Shown: piece after piece, positions 13,071 through 25,690 of the stretch | Layout: every line of letters begins with the position of its first letter | Numbering within the stretch: position 1 is the stretch's first letter | Assembly: GCF_036321535.1 (NCBI RefSeq) | Contig: NC_087437.1 | Span: forward strand, 104,782,001 to 104,846,000 | DNA length: 64,000 nt | Origin: Camelus dromedarius | Taxonomy: Eukaryota | Direction: 5' to 3' | Made by a program: the position numbers and the translations under genes | The notes under the pieces: model-generated | What the model saw: the letters and a program-made list of their open reading frames with translations, nothing else | Database searches by the model: none | Told to the model about the DNA's origin: nothing

Positions 13071-13680
13071 CATCTTCTTTAACCATTCATCTGTCAGTGG
13101 ACATTGAGGTTGCATCCATGTCTTGGCTGTTGTATATAGTGCTGCTATGAACATTGGGATGCATGTCTCTTTTCAAGTTATAGTTTCATCTGGATATATG
13201 CCCAGGAGTTGGATTGCTGGATCATGTGATAACTCTGTTTTTAGTTTTTAATGATCATCCATATTGTTCTCTATAGTGGCTGCACCAATTTACATTCCCA
13301 CCAACAGAGTAGGAGGGTTTCTTTTCCTCCACACCCTCTCCAGCATTCATTATTTATAGACTTTCTGGTGATGTCCATTCTAACTTGTGTGAGGTGATAC
13401 CTCATTGTAGTTTTGATTTGCATTTCTCTAATAGTTAGCGATGTTGAGCATCTTTTCATGCTCCTGTTGTGGCAATTTGTATGTTTTCTTTGGAGAAATG
13501 TCTACTAAGAATTCTGTCCATTTTTTGATTGGGTTGTTTGTTTTCTTATATTAAGCTGTATGAGCTGTATGTATATTTTGGAAATTAATCCCTTGTTGGA
13601 CTCATCATTTGCAAATATTTTCTCCAATTATGTAGGTTGTCTTTTTATTCTGTTTATGGTTTCCTTTGCTGTACAAAATC
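12628..13680 (-). mobile_element. Younger cetartiodactyl-type L1, ORF2 C-terminus plus 3' UTR, terminal poly(A) end missing
   Basis: ORF 13271-13459 gives [24 protein letters not shown]...[24 protein letters not shown] (L1 ORF2p C-terminal region); (CA)n at about 13038-13068 in the UTR. Confidence 0.92.
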
Positions 13681-13957
13681 TTCAATAAGTGGTGCTGGGA
13701 AAACCGGACACTACATGTAAAAGAATGAAATTAGAACATTCTCTAACACCATATACAAAAATAAGCTCAAAATGGCTTAAAGACCTAAATGTAAGACTGG
13801 GTACTCCAAAACTCCTAGAGGAAAACATAGGCAGAACACTCTTTGACATAAATTGAAGCAATATTTTTTTTTAAAAATCCAGCTCCTAGAGTAATGGAAA
13901 TAAAAGCAAAAATAAGCAAATGGGACCTGATTAAACTTAAAAGCTTTTTAACAGCAA
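13681..13957 (+). mobile_element. Inverted 5' segment of the same L1 (ORF2)
   Basis: ttcaataagtggtgctgggaaaac...aaatgggacctgattaaacttaaaagcttt (FNKWCWEN...KWDLIKLKSF), opposite in orientation to the adjacent segment. Confidence 0.9.
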
Positions 13958-14070
13958 TGGAGTTTCTTTTTGAGGTAAAGGAAATGTTCTAAAATTGATT
14001 GTGGTGATATTTGTAAAACTCCGTAAATATACTAAAAATATTGACTTATTTAGTATGTTAATTATATTGC
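13958..14070 (+). mobile_element. Old L1MB-like 3' UTR, right part of interrupted host element
   Basis: tggagtttctttttgaggtaaaggaaatgttctaaaattgattgtggtgat...aatatactaaaaa. Confidence 0.75.
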
Positions 14071-14077
14071 AGTTAGA

Positions 14078-14078
<1 letters not shown>

Positions 14079-14120
<42 letters not shown>
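14079..14120. repeat. (CA)n microsatellite
   Basis: About 20 perfect CA units. Confidence 0.97.
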
Positions 14121-14121
<1 letters not shown>

Positions 14122-14169
14122 CTGAAGACTCCAACAACAATTTCTTCTTTCAGTCCCAAATGTTCAACT

Positions 14170-14335
14170 TACGAGAGCATCACCTTGATTAAGTTACTTA
14201 ACTTTCTATGCCTCATGTACATTGTCTGTTATAAAAATCGTATTTATTTTATAGGATTATTGTGGACATTTAAATGATTTATATATATATACGTAAAGAA
14301 CTTACAATGCCTGGCACACAAATACATGTTTGTTC
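14170..14335 (+). mobile_element. MIR
   Basis: aagttacttaactttctatgcctca...ataggattattgtggacatttaaatga...acaatgcctggcaca. Confidence 0.7.
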
Positions 14336-15995
14336 CTGCGGCTGCTGTTACTATTTTACCACCATTACAAGTAGTGCAGTAATACTGATTATAACTATTG
14401 TTAAGTGCAATCTTACTCATTTAACACATGAAAATTGTATCTGACCTTCTCCTGTTAATTCAGCTACTGCATGTGTTAATTAAATTGTAGCTATATTTCT
14501 ACCAAAAGCCTATCAATAATTTTTTAATCAGTTACATAAGAAAGTCTTGTCCTAGAATGTAGACCCGTATTTCTTTGTGAAAAGATTAACATCTTATTTG
14601 ATATAAAATGGGAAGTTGTATTTTTTTCCCACTAAGGCAATGAAAATGTTATGTGCACACCCTGCTCAATTAAAGCCAACCTATTGAGCTGGATAATGGC
14701 TCTCATTGTACACCAGCTCACTATATATTTCCAAGTAGGATGGCAGAGTTAGAATATCAGCTTTTTGGCAAGGATATGGGATAATAACACACCACTAAGA
14801 GACTGACTATAACCACTTAAATTTTTTCACATAAAAGACTCAGGATATGGTGCCTCCAAAGGGAAAATGCAAAATCTTTAACTATTATAGCTTCTACTCT
14901 CTTTTTTATCTTCACATCTCCCTAAGTCTTGATTTAGGCTAAATGCATCATTAATCTTTAACATATCCACCTAAGAACACAATTAAAGTCAAACTGAATA
15001 ATGAGTGGCAATATAAGGAATACAAAGGAGCACACTCAAGAATGGATTCAACTGTTCCATATGCTGCAGAATTATGCACACCCGCTAACTTGCACAGTGC
15101 CAGATCTAGAAAGAAATCAACTCTGTTGAATAAGAATCAGAATATTTGAATTAGTCAGTTCATCTGGGAGCAAAGCCAAGAACCAGAAGGTTAGCTTGTA
15201 ATATTAAATCTCTTCAGGCATGAACTATACCGTCAAACTTTAGACTCATGTTTTATATCTTCAGGTCTTAAACATGGCTTTAGTTACAGATATGCTGTTT
15301 ATTCGTTGGGTAACACTGAGTGAAATCTTAATCTCTAAGCATCTCACTTACCCAAACTGTCACTTATAGGAGGTGGATTATATCACCCGTTCTCAATCTT
15401 CAATCTTTATCAGAATCACCATGAGCAAATCCTGAGATCCACATGCAGAGATGTGCTTCCAACTGGTTATTTCCATGTGCAGCTGGAGTTGGGAAACTGC
15501 GGGACAAAATAATCTCTCAGGTCTCTCTCAGTCCTACAAGCCTAAAGTTTTCAGTCTGAGTGGATATCCTGATTCAGTTTTCAGTAGTAACATAACATTA
15601 ACTCACAGAAGAGTAAGATTAAGTGATTACTTTGAAAAAAGAAAATAATTGCACTAATTTGATTTCATTTACACAAGGAAGTCAAAGAAAAATATTTGTC
15701 TTATTTTACCTTAACAAAAAGAAAAGGATGCAATAGAGAGGAAAAACAAAACAAAACCACAACAAAACAAAAGAAAAACACAAAGCTACCATCTATATGT
15801 TATCCTTCCTATTGGGTAAACCAAGATAAAAAACCTATAGCAGAAAAAGCAATACTGCTTTGAAATGGTATGCTTTTCTCTGTCTGTCTTTCAGACTATC
15901 CACATGTGTCCTCATGTATTTGAACAATTGCTTTTGAAACAGTTTGATATATTCAAAACAGAATACAGGACTTGGAAAATAGTTTATATGTCACC

Positions 15996-16370
15996 TTTTT
16001 ATTGAAGTGTAGTCAACTTACAGTATTGTGTTAATTTCTGGTGTGCAACATAGTGATTCAGATATATATATATATATTTTCATATTTTTCTTCATTATAG
16101 GCTATTACAAGGTATTGGTTGTAGTTCCCTGTGCTATACTGTAGGACCTTGTTGTTTATCTATTTTATAATATAGTAGTTAGTATCTGCAAATCCTGAAC
16201 TCCCAATTTATCCCTCCCCTTCTTTCCTCCCGATAACCGTAAGTTTGCTTTCTGTCTGTGACTCTGTTTCTGTTTTGTACGTAGGTTCATTTGTGTTATT
16301 TTTTTAGATTCCAGATATAAGTGCAATCATATGTTATCTTTATCTTTCTGGCTTATTTCACTTAGTATGC
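15996..16370 (-). mobile_element. 5'-truncated cetartiodactyl-type L1 3' UTR with target-site duplication
   Basis: tttttattgaagtgtagtcaacttaca...cttatttcacttagtatg; flanking direct repeat tatgtcac at 15987-15994 and 16372-16379. Confidence 0.9.
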
Positions 16371-17839
16371 GTATGTCACTCTTGATTCCGCTAAGCCAAA
16401 TCAGCTATAGGAAAAATAAGGGCTTAATTTTAATCAAGAGCAGCTTGGCTTGAGTTTTACAGCCCTCTCCCCTGCAATCACAGGATTACAAGTAAATACA
16501 GTACACACATCCAGTACACACATCCCCTGGCAATCTCTACTCCGGGCATTATTTTCCTCTGTCTATTAACTGCCCACATTCCCTCACCACCACATCCTAC
16601 TAAGCTAAGGAGAAGACACTTCATTCTCAATTTGGCTTTCCCTAAATATCAAGACATTTGGTACAGAGATCAGCTAATTGATTCCTTCAGCTACTTCCTG
16701 ACAGCAGTTAGCAGACCCTTGGCTCTCCTGCCTCTTCCTCCATTTCTGAAAATAGGCAATACATCCTCTCTAGCCCTGGCAATATCCAAAGGCTCCAAAC
16801 ACTTCTATCTTCAGAAATTCCACACTAGTGAATAGTATGAACTCTTTATGTCCCAGATAGATGAAGGCTTTCTCCCAGCTTGAGACCTGTCAGTTGACCA
16901 GGAATGTGTTACCTTCAATGATCCACAAAGTTTAACTTCCAGAGAATGGACCTTTGGTTTAGTTTCAATAGCTCCTTTGGACTAGAAACATATTTGAAAT
17001 TCCTCATTGTCAAAGAGACTCTTCCTTCTCCATGAAAGAAATAGAGAAGTAACATGTCTAGTAAGTGCTTTGCCCATATTGTTTAAACAGCCTCAGACTC
17101 CACGTATTATTTTCCCAGTTTAATACTGGAAGAAACTCTGACTTCGAAAAGTTAAATAATCTATCTCAGATCCCATAGTTCAGTGATGAGGCCAGGGTTG
17201 AAGCTATTTCACAGTAGCTTTGGGGTCTTCGTGCACCAAATCTTTCTTCGTGGCTTGAAACAATATGATTTTTTTTGGTTTTGTTTTGAATTGTTTTCTT
17301 TTTGCTCTTCTTCTCCATAAACAAGCACTTCAGTTATTTGTTTATAAGTCAGAGCAGCGCATATGTCTGCTTCGTAACTTGTGAATAAAAATCTTTTGAA
17401 ACTAAGAATGATTTGAAGTCTTTTTTGTGGGATATTTAAGACTCCAAAAGTAAATAGGATCTATGATTGTCTTCTTTAGTATTAAATATTTTTCAAAGAA
17501 GACAAGCACATTAAACTCTATTGTGACACTTATTATCTATAACACAGGTGATAGTGGACTCCTTTTTATTTCATGAGCAAAGTTGCATTTTTTTTCAGTT
17601 TTTTCAAGGATTTCATTAGTATCAAAGATTGCTGTCAAAATAGACTTAATTGGATAAGCACTTTAGCTCCATGTTTAAAATTAACTGCATGTATGTAAGT
17701 AACAACAGTAGGTTGTTTAAGTAAAAATAAAATTCTCAGTTGACAAGGTGATTTAATTCCAGCCAAAAATAAAGGAATTACTTATTTTACATAAACCATG
17801 CATCTTTTATTTTTTTGAAAAAAAATATAGTTAAAATTT

Positions 17840-19240
17840 TATTCAGTGAAAAGCTGAAAACATTTTCTGTAAAACTGGGGACAAGAATGCCCATCCTTGA
17901 CACTTTAATTCAACATAGTATTGGAAGTACTAGCCACAGTATTAGATAAGAAAAATAAATAAAAGGAATTCAAAATGAAACGAGTAAAACTGTCACTGTT
18001 TGCAGATGACATGATATTATACATAAAAAATCCTATAGACATCATGAAAAAACTATTAGAGCTCATCAATTAATTTGGTAAAGTTGCAGGATACAAAATT
18101 AATATCCAGAAATCTATTGCACTTCTATACACTAAATCAAACTATCAGAAAGAGAAATTAGGGAAACAGTCCTATTTACCATCATATCAAAAAGAACAGA
18201 ATACCTAGGAGTAAACCTAGCTAAGGAGATCAAATATTTGCATTCTTGGAAAGCTATAAGACACTAATGAAGGCAACTGAAGATAGCACAAGCAGATAGA
18301 AAGACATACCATGTTAATGGATTGGAAGAATCAATATTGTTAAAATGATCATACTGTTAAAGGCAATCTACAGATTCAATGCAATCTCTATCAAAATGCC
18401 AATGATACTTTTCACAGACTCCAAAAAAATTTTTTTTTAATTTGTATGTAAACACAGAAGACCCTGAATAGCCAAAACAATCTTGAGAAAGAACAAAGTA
18501 GGGAGTAACACACTCACTGACTTCAGACTATACTACAAAGCTACATTAATCAAAACATCATGTTATTGGCACAGAAACAAACACATGGATCAATGGAACA
18601 TAATAGAGAACCCAGAAATAAGCCCAAGCGCTTATGGTCAATTAACTTACTACAAAGTAGGCAAGAATATACAATATAAAAAAGACATACGACAAAAGAC
18701 CTTCAATAAGTGGTGCTGGGGAAACTAGACAGCTACATGTAAAATAATAAAGTTAGAACACTTCTGCATCCCATATGCAAAAATAAACTCGAAATGGATT
18801 AAAGAACTAAATGTAAGATTGAAAACTATAAAACTTCTAGAAGAAAGTGTAGATGGGGCACACTTTGTTGTAATTTGTAGCAATAATTTTTTGGATCTGT
18901 CTTCTAAGATAAAGGAAACAAAAGCAAAAATAAACAAATGGGACCTAATTAAACTTAAAAGCTTTTGCACAGCAAAGGAAACCATCAACATAACCAAAAG
19001 ACAACCTACTGAATGGGAAAAATATTTGGAAATTATATGATCAATAAGGGGTTAATATTCAAAACATACAAATAGCTCATACAACTTAATATCAAAAATA
19101 TAAACAACTTGATTAAAAAATGAGCAGAAAACTTGAATAAACATGTACAGATGGCTGACAGGCACATGAAAAGATCTTCACCATCTCTAATCATCAGAGA
19201 TATGCAAATCAAACCACAATGAGATATCACCTGTTAAAAT
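17840..19240 (+). mobile_element. Degenerate L1 ORF2, RT core to C-terminal region
   Basis: ctgtcactgtttgcagatgacatgata (LSLFADDMI, catalytic motif near 17999); ORFs 18483-18728 ([16 protein letters not shown]) and 18819-19040 (KWDLIKLKSFCTAKE); multiple stops and frameshifts. Confidence 0.95.
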
Positions 19241-19600
19241 GAACACTCTAACTTTACATTTCAAAGAACTATAAAAAGAAGAAGAAACTAAGCCCAAATT
19301 TAGCAGAAGGAAGGAAATAATGACTATTAGAAGAGAAATAAATAATATAAAGAGTAAAAAAAAAATCAGTGAAACTGAGTTGGTTTTTGAAAAGATAAAC
19401 AAAATTGACAAACCTTTAGCAGACTAAGAAAAAAAGATGAAGCGCAAATAAATAAAATCAGAAATTTAAAATACCACAGAAATAAAAAGGATTTTAAGAG
19501 ACAACAATGAACAATTACATAGTAACAAACTGGAATATCTTGAAGAAATGAATAAATTCCTAGAAGCAAACAACCTACCAAGACTGACTCAAAAAGAAAT
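19241..19600 (+). mobile_element. L1 ORF2 fragment from the endonuclease-to-RT linker
   Basis: agttggtttttgaaaagataaacaaaattgacaaacctttagcagacta (SWF-EKINKIDKPLA-L) and gaagaaatgaataaattcctagaa...aacctaccaagactg (EEM-KFLE..NLPRL). Confidence 0.9.
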
Positions 19601-20599
19601 AATTTAAAGGAACATTTTAAAAAAATCCAAAAAATAATTGAGAGGATAATATTTCATACAAATTCTTGAATAAAGTAATTTTGAGAATATTTATTTTAAT
19701 GAGTTGATCCAATCCAGACTAGCTCTTTCCTATTTTGCCATTTGGTTGCATGCAATAGTCTAATTCAATAAAAGGAACTTATAGTTGTGATAACATCTCC
19801 TTTCTCATTCCTAATAGTGTCTATTTTTTCCTTGAAAGAAACAACACATATAAAAGTTATTCAGTCATTTAAATAATAAATATTTCTGAATAAGAATGAA
19901 AATAATAAAATACTTTAAGCTACAAAGAATTGTTTCTGAAAGTATAGCAGTGAATAGTAAACTATACATTATTAAAATCACGGTGAAAATCATGGTATAG
20001 ATATTGAAGTAGAATCCCATTTTTTTCTCTTCATTCTGAGAATTTGTTTTCTTGGCAATCTGATAAGGGTGGAGTGCGGATTATGTTATTAGGCATAATT
20101 GTTTGTGATAAACATGACTCCTAATTTGCATCTTGCGACAAAACATAATTATTCGATGGGCAAGATGTAGTTTGGGTTTCTCACAATTTGGTAAGACTTG
20201 TAACTGATTTATTCCTGGTGGAGATGCTGGAAACTCCTCTTACAAAGGTTTACCAAAAGTATAAGATGTCTAAGCATAGACACTTCCTCTGCCTGTTCCA
20301 TGTGAGTTTTAGTCCCTTACACATGACCTCTTTCAGGTAGAACAAAGTAATACCTGCTCTACAACTATGTGGACTGTTTCTATGGAAAATGCCTTATATG
20401 TTCCTGCTGGCATATTATGACTCATCCTAAATCCTGAGTATTCTGATACAGAGTGTTCCTGTGGTAGGTTTCTGAGTCTACATAGTATCAGAGAATCCCA
20501 TTTATAATTAAATATATTCTTGGTTTATTTACTAAATGAAGTAAAACACAAATATTTGATATGGATTTTAGAAGAGAAAGCCTTACCTCTTTTGCCAAT

Positions 20600-20850
20600 G
20601 AAATAAAGCTAAAGAAAATCCAAGAGGTTCTAATAAAAAATATTTAATAGAATTAATGAGAGAATTACATAAAATTGCTGGCTATTACATAAATATATTA
20701 AAAGAACATCATGTCCATATTCTAGCAACAAGAAAAGAATAGAGGAAAATATCCCTTTTCCATTAAGAAAAAAAAATTTTAATATTTAGGGATTTTTTTT
20801 AATGATTTATGACTTATGCATGTAACTTTAAAATCACATTGGAAAAAATA
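20600..20850 (+). mobile_element. Very old L1ME-like ORF2 fragment (left part)
   Basis: aatagaattaatgagagaatt...aaaattgctggcta resembles the ELI-EF-KVAGY region; highly diverged. Confidence 0.5.
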
Positions 20851-20854
20851 AACC

Positions 20855-21097
20855 CATTCATTATTTGTCAAATATATATTGAACATCTACTATAAGAATA
20901 TATTATTCTAGGTTTATGAGATCCAACATTTTTAAAAGAAAAGGAAGATAAGAAATATTCTTGCCTTTGAGGAGCTTATATTTGGAGTTGGGCCAAGTCA
21001 TTCAAGAACTCAAAAATTAAGTTACAATGGAAAAAAAAGTGGTAAGTGCTATGGAAAAAATAAATTATAGTAAATTAAAAAGAATTGTAAGAAAGGC
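20855..21097 (-). mobile_element. L2 3' end (left of MLT1 insertion)
   Basis: cattcattatttgtcaaatatatattgaacatctacta...cttgcctttgaggagcttata. Confidence 0.7.
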
Positions 21098-21715
21098 TGT
21101 ATTTGTTTTCTATTGACAAATAACAAATTATCTTAAACGTAGTGGCTAAAATAACATGAATGTATTGACATATAGAGCATGGCTTACCTGAGTTATCTCA
21201 TCTGAGTCTCACAAGACAACATTCAGAGTGTCAGTTGGACTGCAGTGTCATTTGAAACTTGGGTTTCTCTTCCAAGCTTATTGATTATTGGCTTAATTCA
21301 GTTTTCTGCACTTTTTAAGACTGAGGGCTCTCGATCCCAGAAGCACCTGTTACTCTCTACCAAATAGCTGGATCAGCAACATGGAAGTTTTCTTCTTCAG
21401 TCTCAGCAGAAGATCATCTCTGCTATAAAATCTGTCTCTTCAAGGAAAGATTAGACCCTGTTTAAAGAGCTCATATGATTAGATTGCTTCTGTACAAATA
21501 ATCTCCCCTTTGATTAATTTGATGTTAACTGGATAGAGAATTTAATTACATCTGCAAAATACCTTCACCTTTGCTATTTAATCTATCTTAATCACAGGAG
21601 AGAAATCACATCATATTAAAAAGTCTGGCCCACATTCAAGGTGAAGAGATAATGTAGGCAGTGTCCACCAGGGAGTGGGAATTCTAGGAAACATCTTAGA
21701 ATTCTGCCTATTACA
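21098..21715 (-). mobile_element. MaLR LTR (MLT1D/E-like)
   Basis: tgtatttgttttctattg...taacaaatta...agtggctaaaataac through catcttagaattctgcctattaca; both termini present. Confidence 0.85.
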
Positions 21716-21769
21716 GTTTCTACTTTCTAGTGCTTTTCAAAACTCAATAGCAAGATCAGGCTTAGATAT

Positions 21770-22330
21770 GTGCAAAACATTAGAGTAGCTGAGGAAGTTA
21801 ACCAAATATTTATCTTGGTGATTATTATTCAAGCATGACAGAATAGTCATGTGTGCCTGCTCTGATTTTCTGGAGCAGAGTGTGTATGAGGGAGTGTGCT
21901 AGGAGATGAATTCAGAAATGAAACGGAATCTTGGAGGCTCATTTACTCTAAGTAAACCGGGAGACTTTTTACTCAAGATTGCAAGGACTGTCAGGAGAAT
22001 AAAGAAGAATATGTTATATGATGACTTGAAAATGTCAAAAACATTCTTGCTGTTCATGCAGGTCATAAAATGTATGCAGAGAACCATCGGTATGAATGTC
22101 CCTTTTCCTCTAATACCAGTCAACAGTAGTACAGGGTCCAAGAAAGTGGAGAGGTGGGTGTAATCAGGCTGGAGGTTATGCCAAGGGGATAATGAAGTGG
22201 GATAATGGCAGAGTAGATAGAGGTAGAACAGAAATTAAGTACATTAGAGTGATTAAAGTGATTAGCCCTGGATTTTAAGCTGGATGAACAAAGTATGAAA
22301 AATGAGATGCAGAAATGAGTGGCAGTAATA
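21770..22330 (-). mobile_element. L2 continuation
   Basis: ctggagcagagtgtgtatgagggagtgtgctaggagatgaattcagaaa and purine-rich antisense L2 body. Confidence 0.55.
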
Positions 22331-22339
22331 GAGTGATCT

Positions 22340-23300
22340 GATGTGCAAAATTGGAATAAAACAAATAATCAAAAAATATAACCATATGACATGTTTTGGG
22401 ATGTAAAAGTTTAATATGATAGTACTAATTCTCTGAAATTAATACCTATCTCAGATATAAAAATAATGAAACTTATTTAGAATCACACAACTATTTTTAT
22501 TTGCAGAAATGACCTGAAATTTTTTATAGGAAGAGAGATACCTGCACCATGTTTAAAAAGAAGGCTACTGATAGGATAACGTTTATATCTAGAACCACTA
22601 TAAAGACGCTACAATCAAGTCAAAATTTTACTGCAATAGAAATAAGTAATTAGATCAGTGACAGAATAAATTACTTAGAAATAAAATTTATATGATAGAA
22701 TGGCATTTATATAATAATGTTTACATACAATGCCATTTTATACATTGTAAAGATGTTAGTAAGCAACACAATAGAGAAATGGGCAAAGGGTGTGAAAAGA
22801 CCATTCACATATGGAGCAAATTTATGTGTCTAAAATGTTGACTGTATATGAAGATGTTCAATCTCCTTAGTAGTGATGGAAATGCAAATAAAATCACAGC
22901 TAGCTACCAATGTCCTTGACAGGTAGATTAATTTTTGAACGAAAACATCTATCAGTAGCATTTATTGCTAGTATAGATGCAGATTCCAAAAATATTATTT
23001 GAAAATAATCTGTGTGAAAACCCTTATATTATTAAAATAAATATATATTTACCTTATAGCCCCACTCCTAGGAATATATTCCACATAAAATAAAGCTTCA
23101 GTATTTGAAGCTATGCATGCACAGATATTTATTGCAGTATTGTTCATAGTCTCAAAAATAAGTAAGCAAAGTCAATGTCCAGTACAAAATGAATAGAAAA
23201 ATAAAATGGGATAATTAGATGATGGAGTGGTATAAAGTCTTTAAAAAAAAATTCAAAATATCCACTTGGACTGGGGAGTTTTTATGTTGAGCAAACTCTG
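22340..23300 (+). mobile_element. Very old L1ME-like ORF2 and 3' region (continuation)
   Basis: gaaatgggcaaagggtgtgaaaagaccattcaca...gaagatgttcaatctccttagtagtgatggaaatgcaaataaaa...gatatttattgcagtattgttcatagt. Confidence 0.7.
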
Positions 23301-23348
23301 AAAAACAAACGAAATAATAAAGTAAAATATTTTTGACACATTTTCTAG

Positions 23349-23638
23349 ACCTGCGCTGTCCAATACTGTAGCCTACAAAAAAAACATGGTGCTTTAAATT
23401 TGAATTTAAAATTTTTGAAATTAAAATTTTGAATTTCTGATAATTTTGAAATTAAAATTTTAAATTTAAATGTTTTCAGTTGAATTTTTAGTTAAAATTA
23501 GGTAAGATCAAAAATTCAGCTTCTCAGTTGCTAAAGATGCTGAGCACTTTTCAAGTGGTGGATAGCCACATGCCTAGTGTTATTGTATTGGACACTACAG
23601 AAGTTCTATAATCGCACAAAGTCTGTAGGAAAGAGCTG
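23349..23638 (-). mobile_element. hAT-Charlie MITE, MER3-like
   Basis: ctgcgctgtccaatactgtagcc terminus, AT-rich core, atagccacatg...gtattggaca internal repeat. Confidence 0.8.
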
Positions 23639-24859
23639 TTGAAATGTTGTTCTAGGGTCTGGAGAAAGACTGGCAAAAAAAGCTGATAAAATCTCTGACC
23701 ACATTTAACTTGTATTCTAGACAATGTTGAGAAAAATGTTTAAATGCAATCTAATTTTTGAAAAATAAACATTGAAAATATCCTTAGGTATAAATATCTG
23801 TTCATATGTATACCTTTAGATATGCTTACAAATAACTACATCCTCATGGAAAAACATCACTTTTAACTTGAATTACATGGGTAGGTGAGGAATTGTTGAG
23901 AAAACAAAGTAGAAAATGGAAATTAACACATATCAAAAGAAGAAAAGAAAAAAAGTACATATATAAAAGTAACATCTTATCCCCAGTTCTCGTCTCCAGA
24001 AGTAACCTCTATTAACAATTTCTTTTATAATCTTCAGAAAATTATATTCATATATAATATAAGGAAATATATAATCTTTTTTTAAAATAATTAGGATTAT
24101 ATTATAAAAGCATACATTTACATAACCATATTTCTGCATTTGTATAATGTTTTATGTAAAATAAAGTGATTTAAAAAATAAGAAAAAGAACAATAGATGA
24201 GTTCCACTTTAGTATTTACATGACAATTTTTGCATGGGAAAGATACAGAAATTCATTTTTCCTAGACAGATATGAACTGCAAAACAAAAAGCTTAGCTTT
24301 GTTATGAATAATACATTTCCCAGAAATTATGGGCATTATGACTTCATTAATATGTGGACTGTCTTTTCCACATAGCTGTGAAAAAAATTCAGTTTTCATT
24401 TCATGATGATGTAGAAATTATAAGCATGAAAAATTTCAATGAAAAGAATTCATAATTCATGATTTTTTAATATTGAATGGATTTTTCTGTCATATGTTTT
24501 AACAAAGTAACCATGCAAAGTGGGAAAGCATGGGGCAGGGAAATATTTATTTCCTATGGATAGAAAAAAATGTGATGTCACATATTTCTGCTCAAGAAAA
24601 AGTAGATAAAATAAAGCCTTAGCAAAAAGAACATAGGAGAAAACTCGAGAGATCTAATTCAGACTACCTCCTCTAAGAAGGGTCATACCTTCACCAACTC
24701 ATTCTGAAAACAGCATCTCCCTCTTTTATTGAAGATACTGCATTTTCTTAGGAGATTACAAAAAGCTGAGGGGTTTTTTTTCACCTAACTAATCCAAATG
24801 CTTTCTTTCTAAAGCTTATTTTCCCTAGAGAGTAATCATCTTTCATCTAAGTGTAAGTC

Positions 24860-25530
24860 TGACTTCTGGTACTGAATATAAAGTGGTAGCATGGCTCAGA
24901 GGAAGCCTCCCTTTGAGAAAAAATATGAAATCTGGTTAACATAAAAATACCAGCTTTTGAAAAGATCAAAGAGCAGCAATCAAGGCAGCTATGATGGACG
25001 TGGTGTGAGGGTTGGGGCGTGAGGCTGAAGAGAAGTGAAAGGACTTACTGACATTGTTGGCCAGTTTCCTGCTTCAAGAATTTGCCAGTCTGTAAGCTCC
25101 AGGAGACACAGATGTTTATCAGATGGTAGCAGCTCAAGCGCCTTTGGTATCTCCCCCAAACAGAGAGACGGACTTTGATGTTCACAGCAATTCAAAGCAC
25201 TCAAGAATGAAGGGACCAGAATTTCGAAGAAAAGGAACTGCAGAGAAGTGAACCCCAAACTGACACCATTTTTCCCTTTATGCAGATGCTTAAAAGCAAA
25301 TATCTGGAAAACTAAGAAGAAAGCAACAGATAAGAGACTAAAAATCTAAAAAGTTTTCTGCAGGGTTAAGATGTTGAGAAAAGGAAAAATGGAGTTTAAA
25401 TCCCACCAAGAAAGTTAAGGAGCCTGTTGAGCATTTCCAAATGAGACCCTCCCAAACACTGTTATTTTCGAGGGATTGGAGCAAACCAAATTTAGAGTAG
25501 TTCTTAATCAAAACTGATGTGTAGCCTGGA
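24860..25530 (+). mobile_element. Possible old L1/HAL1 5' region
   Basis: Begins gacttctggt...aagtggtag and has the A-rich style of old L1 5' ends; weak similarity by eye. Confidence 0.35.
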
Positions 25531-25589
25531 AACATGCCAGATTCTAAAGAATCAAGATGATTTCTTCCTACTCTGTTTACTATACACGT

Positions 25590-25690
25590 ATCTATATCTT
25601 TATATCTCTATTAATTTACCTATCTATGTATCTATGTATGTATGAATGTATGTATGTATCTATCTATCTACCTACCTATTTACCTATCTC
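25590..25690. repeat. Compound (TATC)n/(TATG)n microsatellite
   Basis: tatctatgtatctatgtatgtatgaatgtatgtatgtatctatctatctacctacc. Confidence 0.85.

Noticed and set aside
16499..16524. 13-bp tandem duplication cagtacacacatc
   Set aside because: Ordinary slippage duplication with no further structure.
18483..19040. ORFs with RT-associated protein similarity as a functional gene
   Set aside because: They are fragments of a frameshifted, stop-riddled L1 ORF2.
23395..23470. Repeated ttttgaaattaaaattt units resembling an array
   Set aside because: Slippage expansion of the AT-rich core of MER3; no spacer structure, and CRISPR is implausible in mammalian DNA.
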